Assembly: GCA_965214835.1 (NCBI GenBank)
Contig: CBDCCK010000002.1
Coordinates: 64,001 to 128,000 of the forward strand
Direction: 5' to 3'
Source: Nitrosopumilaceae archaeon
GTDB lineage: Archaea > Thermoproteota > Nitrososphaeria > Nitrososphaerales > Nitrosopumilaceae
Length of the DNA stretch: 64,000 nt
This document shows, in pieces, positions 8,174 through 18,688 of the stretch. The position numbers and the translations under genes are program-made. The notes under the pieces are model-generated. The model saw only the letters and a list, made by a program, of their open reading frames with translations, was not told the DNA's origin and ran no database searches. Positions within the stretch are counted from its first letter, which is position 1, and each line of letters starts with the position of its first letter.

Positions 8174-10339
8174 TTACCGGCCTGCATCCCGGCGCCGGGG
8201 CCGGGAGGATATTGCGCGGTCAAGGCCGGAGAACGCCTCACCTAGCGCGCTGCCGGAGAGGCAGGAGCGCACGGCCATGGCGTATGCCGACTGCACGTCC
8301 GCGTCACTGATGGTGCTGCACCAGCGCATGGCAGACGCCTTTTCTGCGGTGAGGGGGTCGTCCGGATCGCAGTGGCGGCTGATCATTCCGACCAGCCTTG
8401 CGCCCTCCACCGCAAGGTCTTCCACGCACAGCCGGTCTGGCACGTGCATGACAGACATGTACAGCTCAAACGAATGCAGGCCCGGGTGCACCGCTATCAC
8501 GCCGTCTTCTATGTGGAGGCCCTCGCACTCCCGAAAGTCCGGCGCGTCAAATATACGCACCCTGAGGCCGGTTTGCAGTATGCCGGTCCCGGAAAGGATT
8601 CCGAGGCTTGTCTCGTACAGTATACGGCCGCACCTCTCCACAAAGTCCGAAAGGGACACGGAGCCTGGAAGCGGCGGGCTGTGCACGCATACGGTATTCC
8701 TCTCAAGGCGGTGGATGTAGCGCCTGTACAGGTCGGGATCCCCGTGGCGGCCTCCCAGGGGGCTAAAGTCATGGTAGCACCATCTGCGCCGCTTCCACGC
8801 ATCCATGATCCACTCAAAGTCGTCCCGCCCGGGTGCGCAGATGACATCGCCGTCTGCCTCGTCATCGTATATGGACATCGCCCGTCTGCCGTCAAGCGCA
8901 TACAGTGCAGTCTTTCGCTGCGCGCGGGCGCTGGACTGGAGGGAGTTCCTCTTGACGTATGCTGACAGGGTCTCAAAGCCTGCCTCGGCCATCAGCAGGT
9001 CGTCGACGAGGCTCCGGTCGTCCGGCCGGAAGACTGGGACTGCGCGATCGTGGAGCTCGACTGCCTTGATCTTGCGGGAGTCAAGCGACTTTGTGAGCAG
9101 CGGCAGCCGCGCGTGGCGGCCGGGGCGGTTGAGCAGTGACGCAAGCGAATGCTGAGAGCCGTCGGCAGTCACGCCATTGCTGATGACGATCTCAGAGAAG
9201 CGCCGGTCGTGTCCTGGAACGTCAATGCCGTTTCTTGTCGCCGTGTCAAGCATCCAGTTTTCCCGCCGGCCTATGTGCTCGGCAAGCGAGGTGGCAGCCA
9301 TCGAGGAGAGCCTGTCTTCAATCATCAAGTCTATGCGCCCGTCGATCATCTTCTCGGTGGATGCGGAAAACCCGTCCCGGGTGGGCAGCGGAGGGATCGC
9401 CCGCTCGTCCTTGATGTGGACGACGACATAGGAGAAGACGTTCTTGTACCTGCCATTGTACTGGTAGTCTATCGGCATCCTTGCAATGAAGGACTTGGGG
9501 CCGCTCTTGTACGATCCGTTGTTGCATGCGGCAACATCCATGAGGCCGTCTGACATGTACAGCATGTGGCCGGGCTCAAACCGGTTATTGTACACGCCGC
9601 CTACGATGCCGCGGGCAATCCCCCTGACGGAGCTGCCGCGCACGTATTTGTCGGTGATGTCTCCGTCAGAGTCGGTGATGATGATCCTTGTCGGAATGCC
9701 GCTGAGCAGCGCGCAGCCCCTTACGTGGAAGGCGATGGGCTCCTTGGCCGCGTCCGGACGCATGGTCATCGTGATGCGCGTGCCGTACGAGTCCAGATCT
9801 GCAGGAGCATCCATGATCTGGAATCCGATCCCGCCCTTGCCCATTATTCCGTATTTCTCGCCGGTCTCGCGGGAATACGAGTCGACGATACACACGTCTG
9901 ATATGGTCATATAGCTGGCAAAGCCCATACCGAACTGGCCGGACTCTGACCCGTCAAAGTTGTCGCTGCGGCCGAGTACGGACACTATCTCAAGGAAGCG
10001 CTCCTGGGATATGCCCATCGAGTCTGTACCGTGAATGACCAGCTGGCGCGTCTGCTCGTTTATACTAATATGTATCTCGGGGCTGGCTCCGTGCTCGCGC
10101 ATTGCCGTCCGGCAGGCGCGCGCCTCGTTTGCGTACAGCTCGCGTATTCCCGACAGTGGTCCGGTGTACAGATCACGCGATATCCTCTGTATTATGACGT
10201 CATTTTCCATGCGGACAGGTATGAGTCCGGTTTTGCCGTCGACGGCATCTGCAAGCCTGCCTGCATACGAGGAGTCGATGTCGGCATCGCACGCGGACTC
10301 GGCGGCAATGACGGGCTTTGATACCCTGATCTTACCCAT
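8174..10339 (-). CDS. HSP90/GHKL-type ATPase domain protein, paralog 1
   Basis: LY..P.SGIRELYANEARAC (N box), DSMGIS (G1), GQFGMG (G2), GTRI. Confidence 0.88.
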   Translation of the reverse strand: MGKIRVSKPVIAAESACDADIDSSYAGRLADAVDGKTGLIPVRMENDVIIQRISRDLYTGPLSGIRELYANEARACRTAMREHGASPEIHISINEQTRQLVIHGTDSMGISQERFLEIVSVLGRSDNFDGSESGQFGMGFASYMTISDVCIVDSYSRETGEKYGIMGKGGIGFQIMDAPADLDSYGTRITMTMRPDAAKEPIAFHVRGCALLSGIPTRIIITDSDGDITDKYVRGSSVRGIARGIVGGVYNNRFEPGHMLYMSDGLMDVAACNNGSYKSGPKSFIARMPIDYQYNGRYKNVFSYVVVHIKDERAIPPLPTRDGFSASTEKMIDGRIDLMIEDRLSSMAATSLAEHIGRRENWMLDTATRNGIDVPGHDRRFSEIVISNGVTADGSQHSLASLLNRPGRHARLPLLTKSLDSRKIKAVELHDRAVPVFRPDDRSLVDDLLMAEAGFETLSAYVKRNSLQSSARAQRKTALYALDGRRAMSIYDDEADGDVICAPGRDDFEWIMDAWKRRRWCYHDFSPLGGRHGDPDLYRRYIHRLERNTVCVHSPPLPGSVSLSDFVERCGRILYETSLGILSGTGILQTGLRVRIFDAPDFRECEGLHIEDGVIAVHPGLHSFELYMSVMHVPDRLCVEDLAVEGARLVGMISRHCDPDDPLTAEKASAMRWCSTISDADVQSAYAMAVRSCLSGSALGEAFSGLDRAISSRPRRRDAGR

Positions 10340-10790
10340 GGTGCAACGTCACGGCAGGTGCAGTGCCGTCAGGCATGATCTCCATCGGGGAGATCACGTC
10401 AAAGGCCGCATCCGGAATCCCGGAGTCATACTGCGCATCAAGGATGCGCATCCCGCACTCGCTGCACAGGCACATGCTTTCGGTGACGATTCCCTCGACA
10501 AGCTGCGGGCAGTCGTCTGAGAACTCCTCGCCGCAGTGCGTACACCTGTCGGCGCTGCTGCCGGCGGCGATGGTGGTGGTGGTGCGCCGCTTCATGCCGT
10601 CGTCGTTTGATGATGATGATGATGACGTCATGTGCCTATCCCGTGCATGCAAGGCACGTGCAGCCGTGGCCGCATCGGCCGGTGCATATCGGAAGCATGC
10701 CCGCAGTCCTGGCAAACGAGCATTCTGGATGGTTACAGAACGCGGCGCTGCTGTGCGCCATCTCTATTCCACATTTTTTACATTTCATGG
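10332..10790 (-). CDS. Two small Cys-rich (Zn-binding) hypothetical proteins
   Basis: CTHCGEE..CSECG ORF, and a manually read MKCKKCG..FCNHPEC..CTCLAC ORF similar to 30194..30445. Confidence 0.55.
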
Positions 10791-10812
10791 TATTCCTCCG
10801 TTTGTTGTTGTT

Positions 10813-13137
10813 TCACGGCGTCTGCCGCGCGGTAGCATCATCAGCGGCATCAGCAGAAGCCGGACTGCCGCCGACTGTGATGGCAGCATCAAGCCGCCTG
10901 ATTATGTGCATCATCTCGATGCGGTCTGACACAGATGCGCCGCCGAGTCTGGAGTCCATCTCCATCAGCGCCCTCTTGCTGCCGCTGTTACTCACGGCAG
11001 ACAGCGCCGATATCAACTCCTGCAGGTACCGGCGGTCAAGATTGGCCCATCCGGCACGCCTGAAAAGGTGTGACGGAATCGCCGCCCTGCACTTTGCGTC
11101 CAGATCGGCCTTTGCGACGGGCTCAAGACTGCACGCGGCACCTGTCCTGAGGGACGCATATATCACGTACATGTCCTGCTCGCACACAACATCGCTGTCT
11201 CCTCTACGGTGCATATCCCTTCCAATGCCAGTCGATGTGCGGTCATACAGGACTAGAACCCGGTCTGAAAATATGCCGGCATCATGCCACGTCCCGTCAC
11301 CTTCCCCGTCAAGGTACGCGCCGCCTGCCCTTACTGGCCGCCCGTCAGCAAGCATGTCGCGGCCGCTGACAAGCCCGGCACTGGTGTGGTACATGTGATC
11401 TCCAAGTCGCTCGATCCACTGCTCAAGCGGGATCCCGACGCGCCCGTCAAGGCCGCCGGCACGCGCGCACAGGATCGTGCTGATCAGGTGCAGGCCCGAC
11501 AGCGCATCCCTGAATCTCTTCCAGGACTCCTTGGAAACGATCACCGTTCCCTGGGTGACGCGGGTGGAGGGAGCCGTATACTGCTTCTTCCAGCGGCCAA
11601 ACCGGCATCCGTGGACTGCGACGCTCCTTGCAGGCGCAGTCACGCTGCCCCCGGGTGGCCGTGCAAGGCGGTTCTGCCTTGCGTATTTGCCAAGAGTCTG
11701 GACTCCGAGCCTCTCATAATCGCCAACGAGGCGCACGTCATCTGGCCGGAACACGATGATCGACGGGTCATGCTTGTAGACGCGCATGACGAGGTCTGCG
11801 GTGAGCCTTTTGGTCACGAGTATGGGATGGTAGGAATCCTCGATCATGTGTGTGACGGGAAAGATGTATGGCTGGCCGGTAAAGCAGTTCATCTGCGTCC
11901 CGCGCGCCAGTGCCAGATCCATTACCTCGGCGTTGTGGGGCGATACCGGCATCATGACCGGCCCGCCGTGAGCACTCCGGCTGCACCGGCGGTACATGTC
12001 ATATATCACCATGGATCCCGGGCTTGCAAAGAACTCCGGAATGTCCATGTCTGGCAGCGAGAAGAGGCGCCTGTCTATTGCGGCATCTATCCGCGTGTCA
12101 AGCAGGTCAGACCCCGCATCGGACATCCTCTCCCTGTCAGGCGTCGGCTTGTACCTGCGCTCGTCAAGTATGTTGGCGTATATGTTCAGTGAACATCCGG
12201 CGTATTTGCCGCCATACATGTAGTTTATGGGGATCCCGCACAGGTATGACCTGGAGGGCGGGCATTCGTTGCCAGGCGCATAGGTCACGACCACGTCGAC
12301 GTCGGCGTCGCTGATCTCCATGACATAGCAGTCGCCAAACGTCTCGTCTGTTATCTTGCGCGAGTCATCTATTTGGCGGTTCTCGCGCGTCCAGTCGTTG
12401 TAGGTCGCAATGTCGAGGAGATCCTCTGCGCCGACCTTCGAGTAGCCGTCACTGCCACAGTCTCTGCCTGTCACCTTTACGTATGTCGGCACGCCGCTCA
12501 GCCTTGCACAGTCCTTGATCATCCCTATGATGTGGGACCCGGCATTCACGTCCTTTCTGTATGTCATGGTTATGCGCGTCCCGTAAAAGTCCATCTTCGG
12601 CTCAGGCAGGCCGGTCTGGAATCCCAGTCCGCCCTTGCCCATGACCGCATAGCAGTCGCCGCCGCGCGTCCTGGTCTCCAGGATCATGACGTCGGATATG
12701 CACGTATATGCGGCGCGCCCGAATCCGAACTGGCCGGACTCTTTTCCGTCAAAGTTCGTAGAGCGGCCAAGCACGCAGTATACGTCACGGAAGACCTCCC
12801 AGGACATGCCCAGGCTGTCACGGCCCTCAAGCACGATCCTACGCTCGTCAGTATCCACCGAAAGGAATATCTCAGGTGCGGCACCGTGCTCCCTTCTTGC
12901 GGTGCGGCACGCGCGGGCCTCGTTGGCATACAGCTCGCGAATTCCGGACGCAGGGCTGGCATACAGATCCCTGGATATCCTCTGTGCTACGACGTCGCTC
13001 TCAAGCGACGTGTCGATGAACCCGTCGCGTGTTCCTGGAGGGAGTGCTCCTCCGGCGTTTCCGGGGGCCTCCATGGCGACGGGGCCCTCGGTCGCGATTA
13101 CAGGGGTGTAGTATTTCTTCTTCTTCTTCTTGCTCAT
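10813..13137 (-). CDS. HSP90/GHKL-type ATPase domain protein, paralog 2
   Basis: IRELYANEARAC, DSLGMS, GQFGFG motifs. Confidence 0.88.
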   Translation of the reverse strand: MSKKKKKKYYTPVIATEGPVAMEAPGNAGGALPPGTRDGFIDTSLESDVVAQRISRDLYASPASGIRELYANEARACRTARREHGAAPEIFLSVDTDERRIVLEGRDSLGMSWEVFRDVYCVLGRSTNFDGKESGQFGFGRAAYTCISDVMILETRTRGGDCYAVMGKGGLGFQTGLPEPKMDFYGTRITMTYRKDVNAGSHIIGMIKDCARLSGVPTYVKVTGRDCGSDGYSKVGAEDLLDIATYNDWTRENRQIDDSRKITDETFGDCYVMEISDADVDVVVTYAPGNECPPSRSYLCGIPINYMYGGKYAGCSLNIYANILDERRYKPTPDRERMSDAGSDLLDTRIDAAIDRRLFSLPDMDIPEFFASPGSMVIYDMYRRCSRSAHGGPVMMPVSPHNAEVMDLALARGTQMNCFTGQPYIFPVTHMIEDSYHPILVTKRLTADLVMRVYKHDPSIIVFRPDDVRLVGDYERLGVQTLGKYARQNRLARPPGGSVTAPARSVAVHGCRFGRWKKQYTAPSTRVTQGTVIVSKESWKRFRDALSGLHLISTILCARAGGLDGRVGIPLEQWIERLGDHMYHTSAGLVSGRDMLADGRPVRAGGAYLDGEGDGTWHDAGIFSDRVLVLYDRTSTGIGRDMHRRGDSDVVCEQDMYVIYASLRTGAACSLEPVAKADLDAKCRAAIPSHLFRRAGWANLDRRYLQELISALSAVSNSGSKRALMEMDSRLGGASVSDRIEMMHIIRRLDAAITVGGSPASADAADDATARQTP

Positions 13138-13304
13138 CGTGTATGCGGTTCCTCCATGTCTGTGTCTCTATGTATCGTCATCCGGAAAGGGTGCGGCGGC
13201 GGGTGCAGGCCCCGGCCATGCAGGTACGGGTCAGACACCATATCCGGACTTGCCGCAAGGCATGCAGGCAGCGGCAGAAGCTGGTCCCGGCCATGCCGGT
13301 GCAG

Positions 13305-15443
13305 TCAGGGCTTTTCAAGCTCGGCCAGCACGTCTGCGACGAACCGCCTTATCTTGGAGGAGTCCAGCCTCTTGCCCATAAACTCGCCGGAGAATACAAA
13401 GTCCGGATCAGGACGCCTGTCCATGGTGTTATAGTTTACAGCCTCCCAGTTGCCGGGACCGCGCCGGTGCCACGCAACATCGTAACTGCCACGTATCGCA
13501 TCAGCGCATGCATCTGCCAGAAGGTTTATGGATTGTTCGAGTACCTCAGGCATCTTTTTCAGTCATCCCGCTTTTCATCCCGCACTTGTCGCATATTTCC
13601 ATGGTGTGGGGGATGCCGGCGTCTGTATAGCTGTATGTGGTTATGTCGGCACCGCAGCATTCGGACTTCCATGCCGGCGGAAGCCGGATGCCGCAGTCTA
13701 TCGGCTTTATCCTGTCAAGATCGGTGGCCATTGCTTTTCCTTCTTCTTTCCTTCAGTCCTCATCAGTCCTCATCCTCCTCTTTTTCCAGATATATGTGGA
13801 ATCCGTCATCCTTCTTTGTCGCGCCACGGACAAGCCAGCCTGGCACGTCAGGGAGACATTTGACAGGCTCGGGACCCTCAGAATGCCTTACGATCAGCGT
13901 CACGCGGCTCCGGCAACTGTCGTTTTTCACTGCCAGCAGTCTGTCCTGGAATGCCTTCAGGTACGCCTTTTGCACGTCTTCCAGTTCCCTCTTTGTCATC
14001 TTGGGGGTCACGACATCCTCCTCATCAAGTCCTTCCAGCCACATCTCAGGGTGATCACGAGATCCTCGCCGTCCGGCTTTACATCCGCATCCTTGACTGC
14101 ATCTGCCGGAAGTTTTACCCCGGCCTTCTTGATTGATTCCCAGATGATCCCCGGCAATACTACGGGCATCTCATCAGTCATTGCTTTCCAGCGCCTCCGC
14201 ACGCCTGCAGAATTTCAGATGCTGGTTGGGGCATGCCGGGTTTGCGCAGATGTTCAGGATTTCGGCATTTGCGCGATACGTGCCAGGCAGTGTCTTTTCC
14301 GTGCCGCATTCGACGCACTTGAAGACCGTGTCTGTCTCCCCGTCATTTTGCTTCATTCTTCAGCGGTCCCCCTGACCTTTCTTCCAGCCACCTTCTGCAA
14401 AAACAGCAGACAGAATGGCTGCATTATCCCCGGCGTGTCTCCAGATTCCAGTGCCGCACATAGTCGGTGCGGACAGACGGATTCCATCAGTCAATACTGT
14501 CAAGGTACACCATGACGGTTCCGGCATCGTGCCACTCAAAGTGCGCGTGGTGCCTTGCCAGAAGCTTGTTGATCTCCTCGGAGCCGTCATACAGGCTGTA
14601 ATAGTCCCACACGGGAACACCGTCCCTCAGGTTGCCGCCCTCTCCGGACATCCAGAGGCCGGAATACTCCTCCTCGTACCCGTAGAACTCGTCGATGGTC
14701 CCGGCTATATTGGGCTTTTCGAGGAACTTTTCCAGGTCGTCCCGGAGCCGGTCAAGTCTCTCCTCCATGGAGGCACATGCAAGATCGGACATTACCGGTC
14801 TCCGTCGGAAACAGTAGTAGTCGCCGCCACCGTCATGGCAGGGGACACCAAGGCGGCCGCCGGTACGACAATCCAGTTGCCGCCGCAGGGGATGCCTGCA
14901 ATCTCCCTTACTACGACGGGATACTCGTCAGGGGATCTCTCCCTTATGAGATATCTCTTTCCATGTTCTGTGTTGCCTGTCATGCACAGGACGACGGCGC
15001 AGCTCTGCCTGTCGTTTATCGCAAGTATCAGCCCGCGGTGCCCGGTTCCGTCAGGGCCGATGAACTTGTTGAGCTTCATGCCAAAGGCATCTACCGGATC
15101 GGATTCCGGCCTTTCTCCTATTCGAATCATTATATCATCACTCCTCCATGGGGTGTCTGTCGTTTTTTCTGACCACGAGATAGGTGCCGGTCCTGCCGTG
15201 CAGGACAAACCCCCTTGCGTATGCGCGGTCTCCATTGCCGTCGAGGCTGATCTCTGTGTATGCCTGTCCGTCGATCTCGTGTGCAAACTCGGCGGCGCCC
15301 ATGAGAGGATTCTTGTAATCACGCGGCATGAACCGGCGGGATACCATCCATCTGGAATCCTCGGAATCCTCGAGTGTCATCCTCTCAGGGTATGTCCAGC
15401 TTTCCATCACGCTGGAACCGGCGTACCGGTAGCTGACAGTCAA
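13305..15443 (-). CDS. Run of about 8 small hypothetical ORFs (13305..13553, 13546..13731, 13763..14044, 14008..14202, 14174..14356, 14487..14792, 14792..15322, 15138..15443)
   Basis: Head-to-tail packing with overlapping stop/start codons; several CxxC motifs; starts approximate. Confidence 0.55.
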
Positions 15444-15451
15444 TTATGCCG

Positions 15452-15715
15452 CTATCCGCCGGCGACTGCGGGAATGCCGCATACCTGGCCGGACTTGTCG
15501 CGGACAAGCTCTGCGTCTTCTGGGACAAGCTGTCCTAGCAGGCAGCCGTACACCTCTCCGCCATATTTGACGAATACTGCGGCGGTGTTCTTTTTGAGTG
15601 TTGTACAATCCCCCGTCTTTAGGAGGGATGCGGCCTTTACGGTCCTGGCCGCCCCTGGAATCGACGTTCCGTCAAGGAACCTTCCGTCGTATTTTGCTAC
15701 TGTTTTCTGGGTCAT
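15452..15715 (-). CDS. 'QKTVAKY' repeat-family protein, copy 1 (stand-alone)
   Basis: ~85-aa domain QKTVAKYDGRFLDGT..KNTAAVFVKY..VYGC.LGQLVPEDAELVRD..QVCGIPAVAGG. Confidence 0.75.
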   Translation of the reverse strand: MTQKTVAKYDGRFLDGTSIPGAARTVKAASLLKTGDCTTLKKNTAAVFVKYGGEVYGCLLGQLVPEDAELVRDKSGQVCGIPAVAGG

Positions 15716-15719
15716 TTTA

Positions 15720-16397
15720 TCATTCTCCCTTTCTGTCTTTTTTGCCGCGCATGCGCATGACGTCCCTGATGCGTCCGCTAGCAAGCATGCGCATCTCGTC
15801 ATCGGATATGACGGCATGATGCGAGTACAGGTACGCCGGCATCAGCCGCATGCCGTACCTGCGCGCAGCAGTCGCCCTGTGGCGTCCCTCGTGGCCGAAT
15901 ATGCGCCCGTCCTCGTCCATCATGAGGTACGGCGTGTCTATCGTCTGGCAGGCGCTCATCCTCTTGTAGAGCCTCTCGATGGTATGCTCGCGAAGGCTGG
16001 CAGTCCCGTGCGGATCGGCAAGCGATAAAAAGTCGCCGGGGCCGATGAGCATCACTGCGGCGCGCCCCTTGTAGGCGTCTGTCACAAAGCCCATGTTGTG
16101 GTCATCAAAGACCGTATACGGCGGGCCGCCTGCGATAAACGGCGAGAGCCACTGCCATCTTCCGGGCGTCCTCCCGGCGCGCCACCTGATCAGCGTCCGG
16201 ATGTTTCCGGCGCACATGGCGGCCATCCGCTGGACGGTATCATACTCGTCCAGGACGTCCTGTGCCGCAAGGCCTTGCCGGCCATAGTCGCCGTGGACAC
16301 CCTCCTCCTCCTCCATGCGGAGGATCTCGCGTATCACGGCCATTCCGTCCCGGCGCAGCACGGCAGGTGCCTGCATCGTAGATACCTGGCGCGTCAT
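15720..16397 (-). CDS. ParB/Srx-like N-terminal domain protein
   Basis: IDTPYL..GHEGRHRATAARRYG..MP resembles the ParB GxHR box. Confidence 0.6.
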   Translation of the reverse strand: MTRQVSTMQAPAVLRRDGMAVIREILRMEEEEGVHGDYGRQGLAAQDVLDEYDTVQRMAAMCAGNIRTLIRWRAGRTPGRWQWLSPFIAGGPPYTVFDDHNMGFVTDAYKGRAAVMLIGPGDFLSLADPHGTASLREHTIERLYKRMSACQTIDTPYLMMDEDGRIFGHEGRHRATAARRYGMRLMPAYLYSHHAVISDDEMRMLASGRIRDVMRMRGKKDRKGE

Positions 16398-16812
16398 GGG
16401 GCCTCCGCCGCGGATTTCAGCTCTTCTGCCTCCGTCGTCTTGCCGTCGTTGAGGCGCTGTGCCATCGCGTCAAACCGCTCGCACAGCCCGTTGTATGGCT
16501 GGCTTCCAAGCCGCACGGAGTCGCTGGCCTTTACGGACTTTGAGCTCCTGATGCAGCCGGCAGTCCCCCTCATGAGGACAAGGCGGTAATAGTCCCGCCC
16601 CTCAAACCGGTAGTCAAACTCTGCCGATACATAGTATTTGCCGGGCGAGGATCTCATAGTCCCGCCGGCATCATGCTTTGTCTGGTTCATTGTGTCATCT
16701 CCTGTTTCTTGTTTTGTCCCGCCGGATGTGGTGATGGCGGGCCGGGTCCCCGGAGGCAGCCCGGCCGGGCGGCACTGCGGGATCCCCTGTCTGACGGTCA
16801 TGCCCGTCAATT

Positions 16813-18228
16813 CAGTAGTTCCTCGATGTACTTTTGCAGGCACGATAATTACGCAATTTGCCGAGATTTTTTGACCATCATACTATAGATCAGGCGGTGT
16901 GCCAACCATCATCATGATACCAACACAAAACGACGTGTTTGCACACCAGTTTGACATAACATCGAGACAGTTTAAAACATTGCGACGGCGGTTTCCCAAG
17001 CTCGGGCTGGCCGTCTCAAAGAGTCGCAACGCAGTGTATGACCACATCGACGCACTGCGCGTTCTATATTTCATGTCTGAGAGGAGGATGTTTGCAGAAT
17101 CTGCCGTGACGCACCTTCGCAGGCGGGCCTCAAAATGCAGCAGGCAGCAGCATGACGACGGGGCTGCCTCCAAGGGCGGCGCGTATAGTTGCCGTACGCC
17201 TAGTCCGGACTGGATCCTAAAGGCGATCCGGGGCGTCAGCCTGGATGATGCGCAAAAGTGGTGCAGCTCCATGCTGCAGCATACGGTAAGGTGCGCCCGC
17301 AGGTCAGGCATGCTGCACAACACGGACGTCGTGGCAGTGGACGTTACCGACGTGGAATACTATGGCAAGGGCCTGGAGGATATCGCCAGAAAGTCAAAGC
17401 CCAAGAACGGCACGTCGACGTTTCTCTCGCACATTACCATGCACGGAATAGGATCAGATGACGGGTCTGACCTCGTGCTTTCCTCGCTGCAGCTTCCAAA
17501 AGAGGCAAAACTGGCCGATTTCGTGCCTAAAATGATCCGCAAGGCGTCCAGATCAGGGATGAGGATCAAGACGTTCCTGTATGACCGCGGGTTCTTTAAC
17601 GTGGACTGCATGAGGGCTGCAGAAACAAGCACGGGCAGCTACATCATGCCTGCCGTCAAGAACAGGAGGATAGTGGCGGCAATAGAGGAGCATGACCGCG
17701 GAGAACGCGGTGCGGTATCAAAATATACAATGACCAACAAGGACGGCAAGAGCGCCACATTCAGGCTAGTCATTGTGGAAAAGGACGAGGTAGAAAAGGA
17801 CGGCACGGCAGCAGCAAAGAAGGACAAGGCAGAAGAGACCATAGCCGACAGGTATCTGGTCTTTGCCACCAACATGTCTGCTAAAAGTGCAGAGGCAGTC
17901 ATTGAGCAGATACCGGAGGAGTACCGCAGTCGGTGGGGAATCGAGACCGGGTTCAGGGTGATCAAGGGGATAATGGGCAAGACGTGCAGCAATTCCCCGG
18001 TCGTCAGGCTGCTGCTGTTCTATATGTCTGTCATACTGTACAACCTGTGGAGGACTGCCGTGTTCATAGACGTGGAATCCAAGTGGGACGGATTTGCAGG
18101 AGGGAAGGGGTTTACCATGATGCTGTTTGTCGCGTGCATTGTCGATGCGGCCGACTCGTTTGTAAACGATCGCGGAAAGTAGCGGAGGTGCCGTGTCGGG
18201 TCTGCAAAAGTACATCTAGGAAGTACTG
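16813..18228 (+). mobile_element. ISH3-like (IS4 superfamily) insertion sequence
   Basis: ~27-bp terminal inverted repeats CAGTAGTTCCTCGATGTACTTTTGCAG / CTGCAAAAGTACATCTAGGAAGTACTG; AATT duplicated on both sides. Confidence 0.9.
16899..18182 (+). CDS. DDE transposase
   Basis: VAVDVT, LYDRGFF, YRSRWGIETGFR (YREK-type) motifs. Confidence 0.93.
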   Translation: MPTIIMIPTQNDVFAHQFDITSRQFKTLRRRFPKLGLAVSKSRNAVYDHIDALRVLYFMSERRMFAESAVTHLRRRASKCSRQQHDDGAASKGGAYSCRTPSPDWILKAIRGVSLDDAQKWCSSMLQHTVRCARRSGMLHNTDVVAVDVTDVEYYGKGLEDIARKSKPKNGTSTFLSHITMHGIGSDDGSDLVLSSLQLPKEAKLADFVPKMIRKASRSGMRIKTFLYDRGFFNVDCMRAAETSTGSYIMPAVKNRRIVAAIEEHDRGERGAVSKYTMTNKDGKSATFRLVIVEKDEVEKDGTAAAKKDKAEETIADRYLVFATNMSAKSAEAVIEQIPEEYRSRWGIETGFRVIKGIMGKTCSNSPVVRLLLFYMSVILYNLWRTAVFIDVESKWDGFAGGKGFTMMLFVACIVDAADSFVNDRGK

Positions 18229-18688
18229 AATTGGCGTATGTCTCATAGTACAGCTCCTGGGCGTCATGAATCTCGTCCTCTACAAAGTTCATGGTACGGA
18301 GGATGTCGGTGTTTGGTATGATCACCGCCCTGGCATCCTCCCTGAGCCCTGCTGCTAGCTTTTCCTCAGGCGATGCCGGGACGTACCCTGCAAACGCATC
18401 CTCCTCTTCCTTGCCGCCGCCGCCGGAGGTGATCTCGTGGATTACCTCGTATTTGCCGCAGGCGCGGCTGTTCTCCAGGTGATCCCCAAAGGAGAACCTG
18501 TCGCAGTCGATCTTGAAGAGGCGCGTGGTGCCGGGTATGGCATCATCAGGCCCAAAGAACACCGAGAGCCAGACGCGCCTCCCGTCGGTCTCCACGCACC
18601 GGAATCCGGTTCCGCCGTGCGCCAGATCGTCATATATCCCGCGTATCAGGGTGTCGATCTGCGAGTTTATCTCCACGATGTCGCTCAT
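18020..18688 (-). CDS. Hypothetical protein whose stop codon was hit by the IS
   Basis: Removing the IS restores ...TAC GCC AAT TGA; the frame currently reads into the IS end. Confidence 0.65.
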   Translation of the reverse strand: MSDIVEINSQIDTLIRGIYDDLAHGGTGFRCVETDGRRVWLSVFFGPDDAIPGTTRLFKIDCDRFSFGDHLENSRACGKYEVIHEITSGGGGKEEEDAFAGYVPASPEEKLAAGLREDARAVIIPNTDILRTMNFVEDEIHDAQELYYETYANSVLPRCTFADPTRHLRYFPRSFTNESAASTMHATNSIMVNPFPPANPSHLDSTSMNTAVLHRLYSMTDI

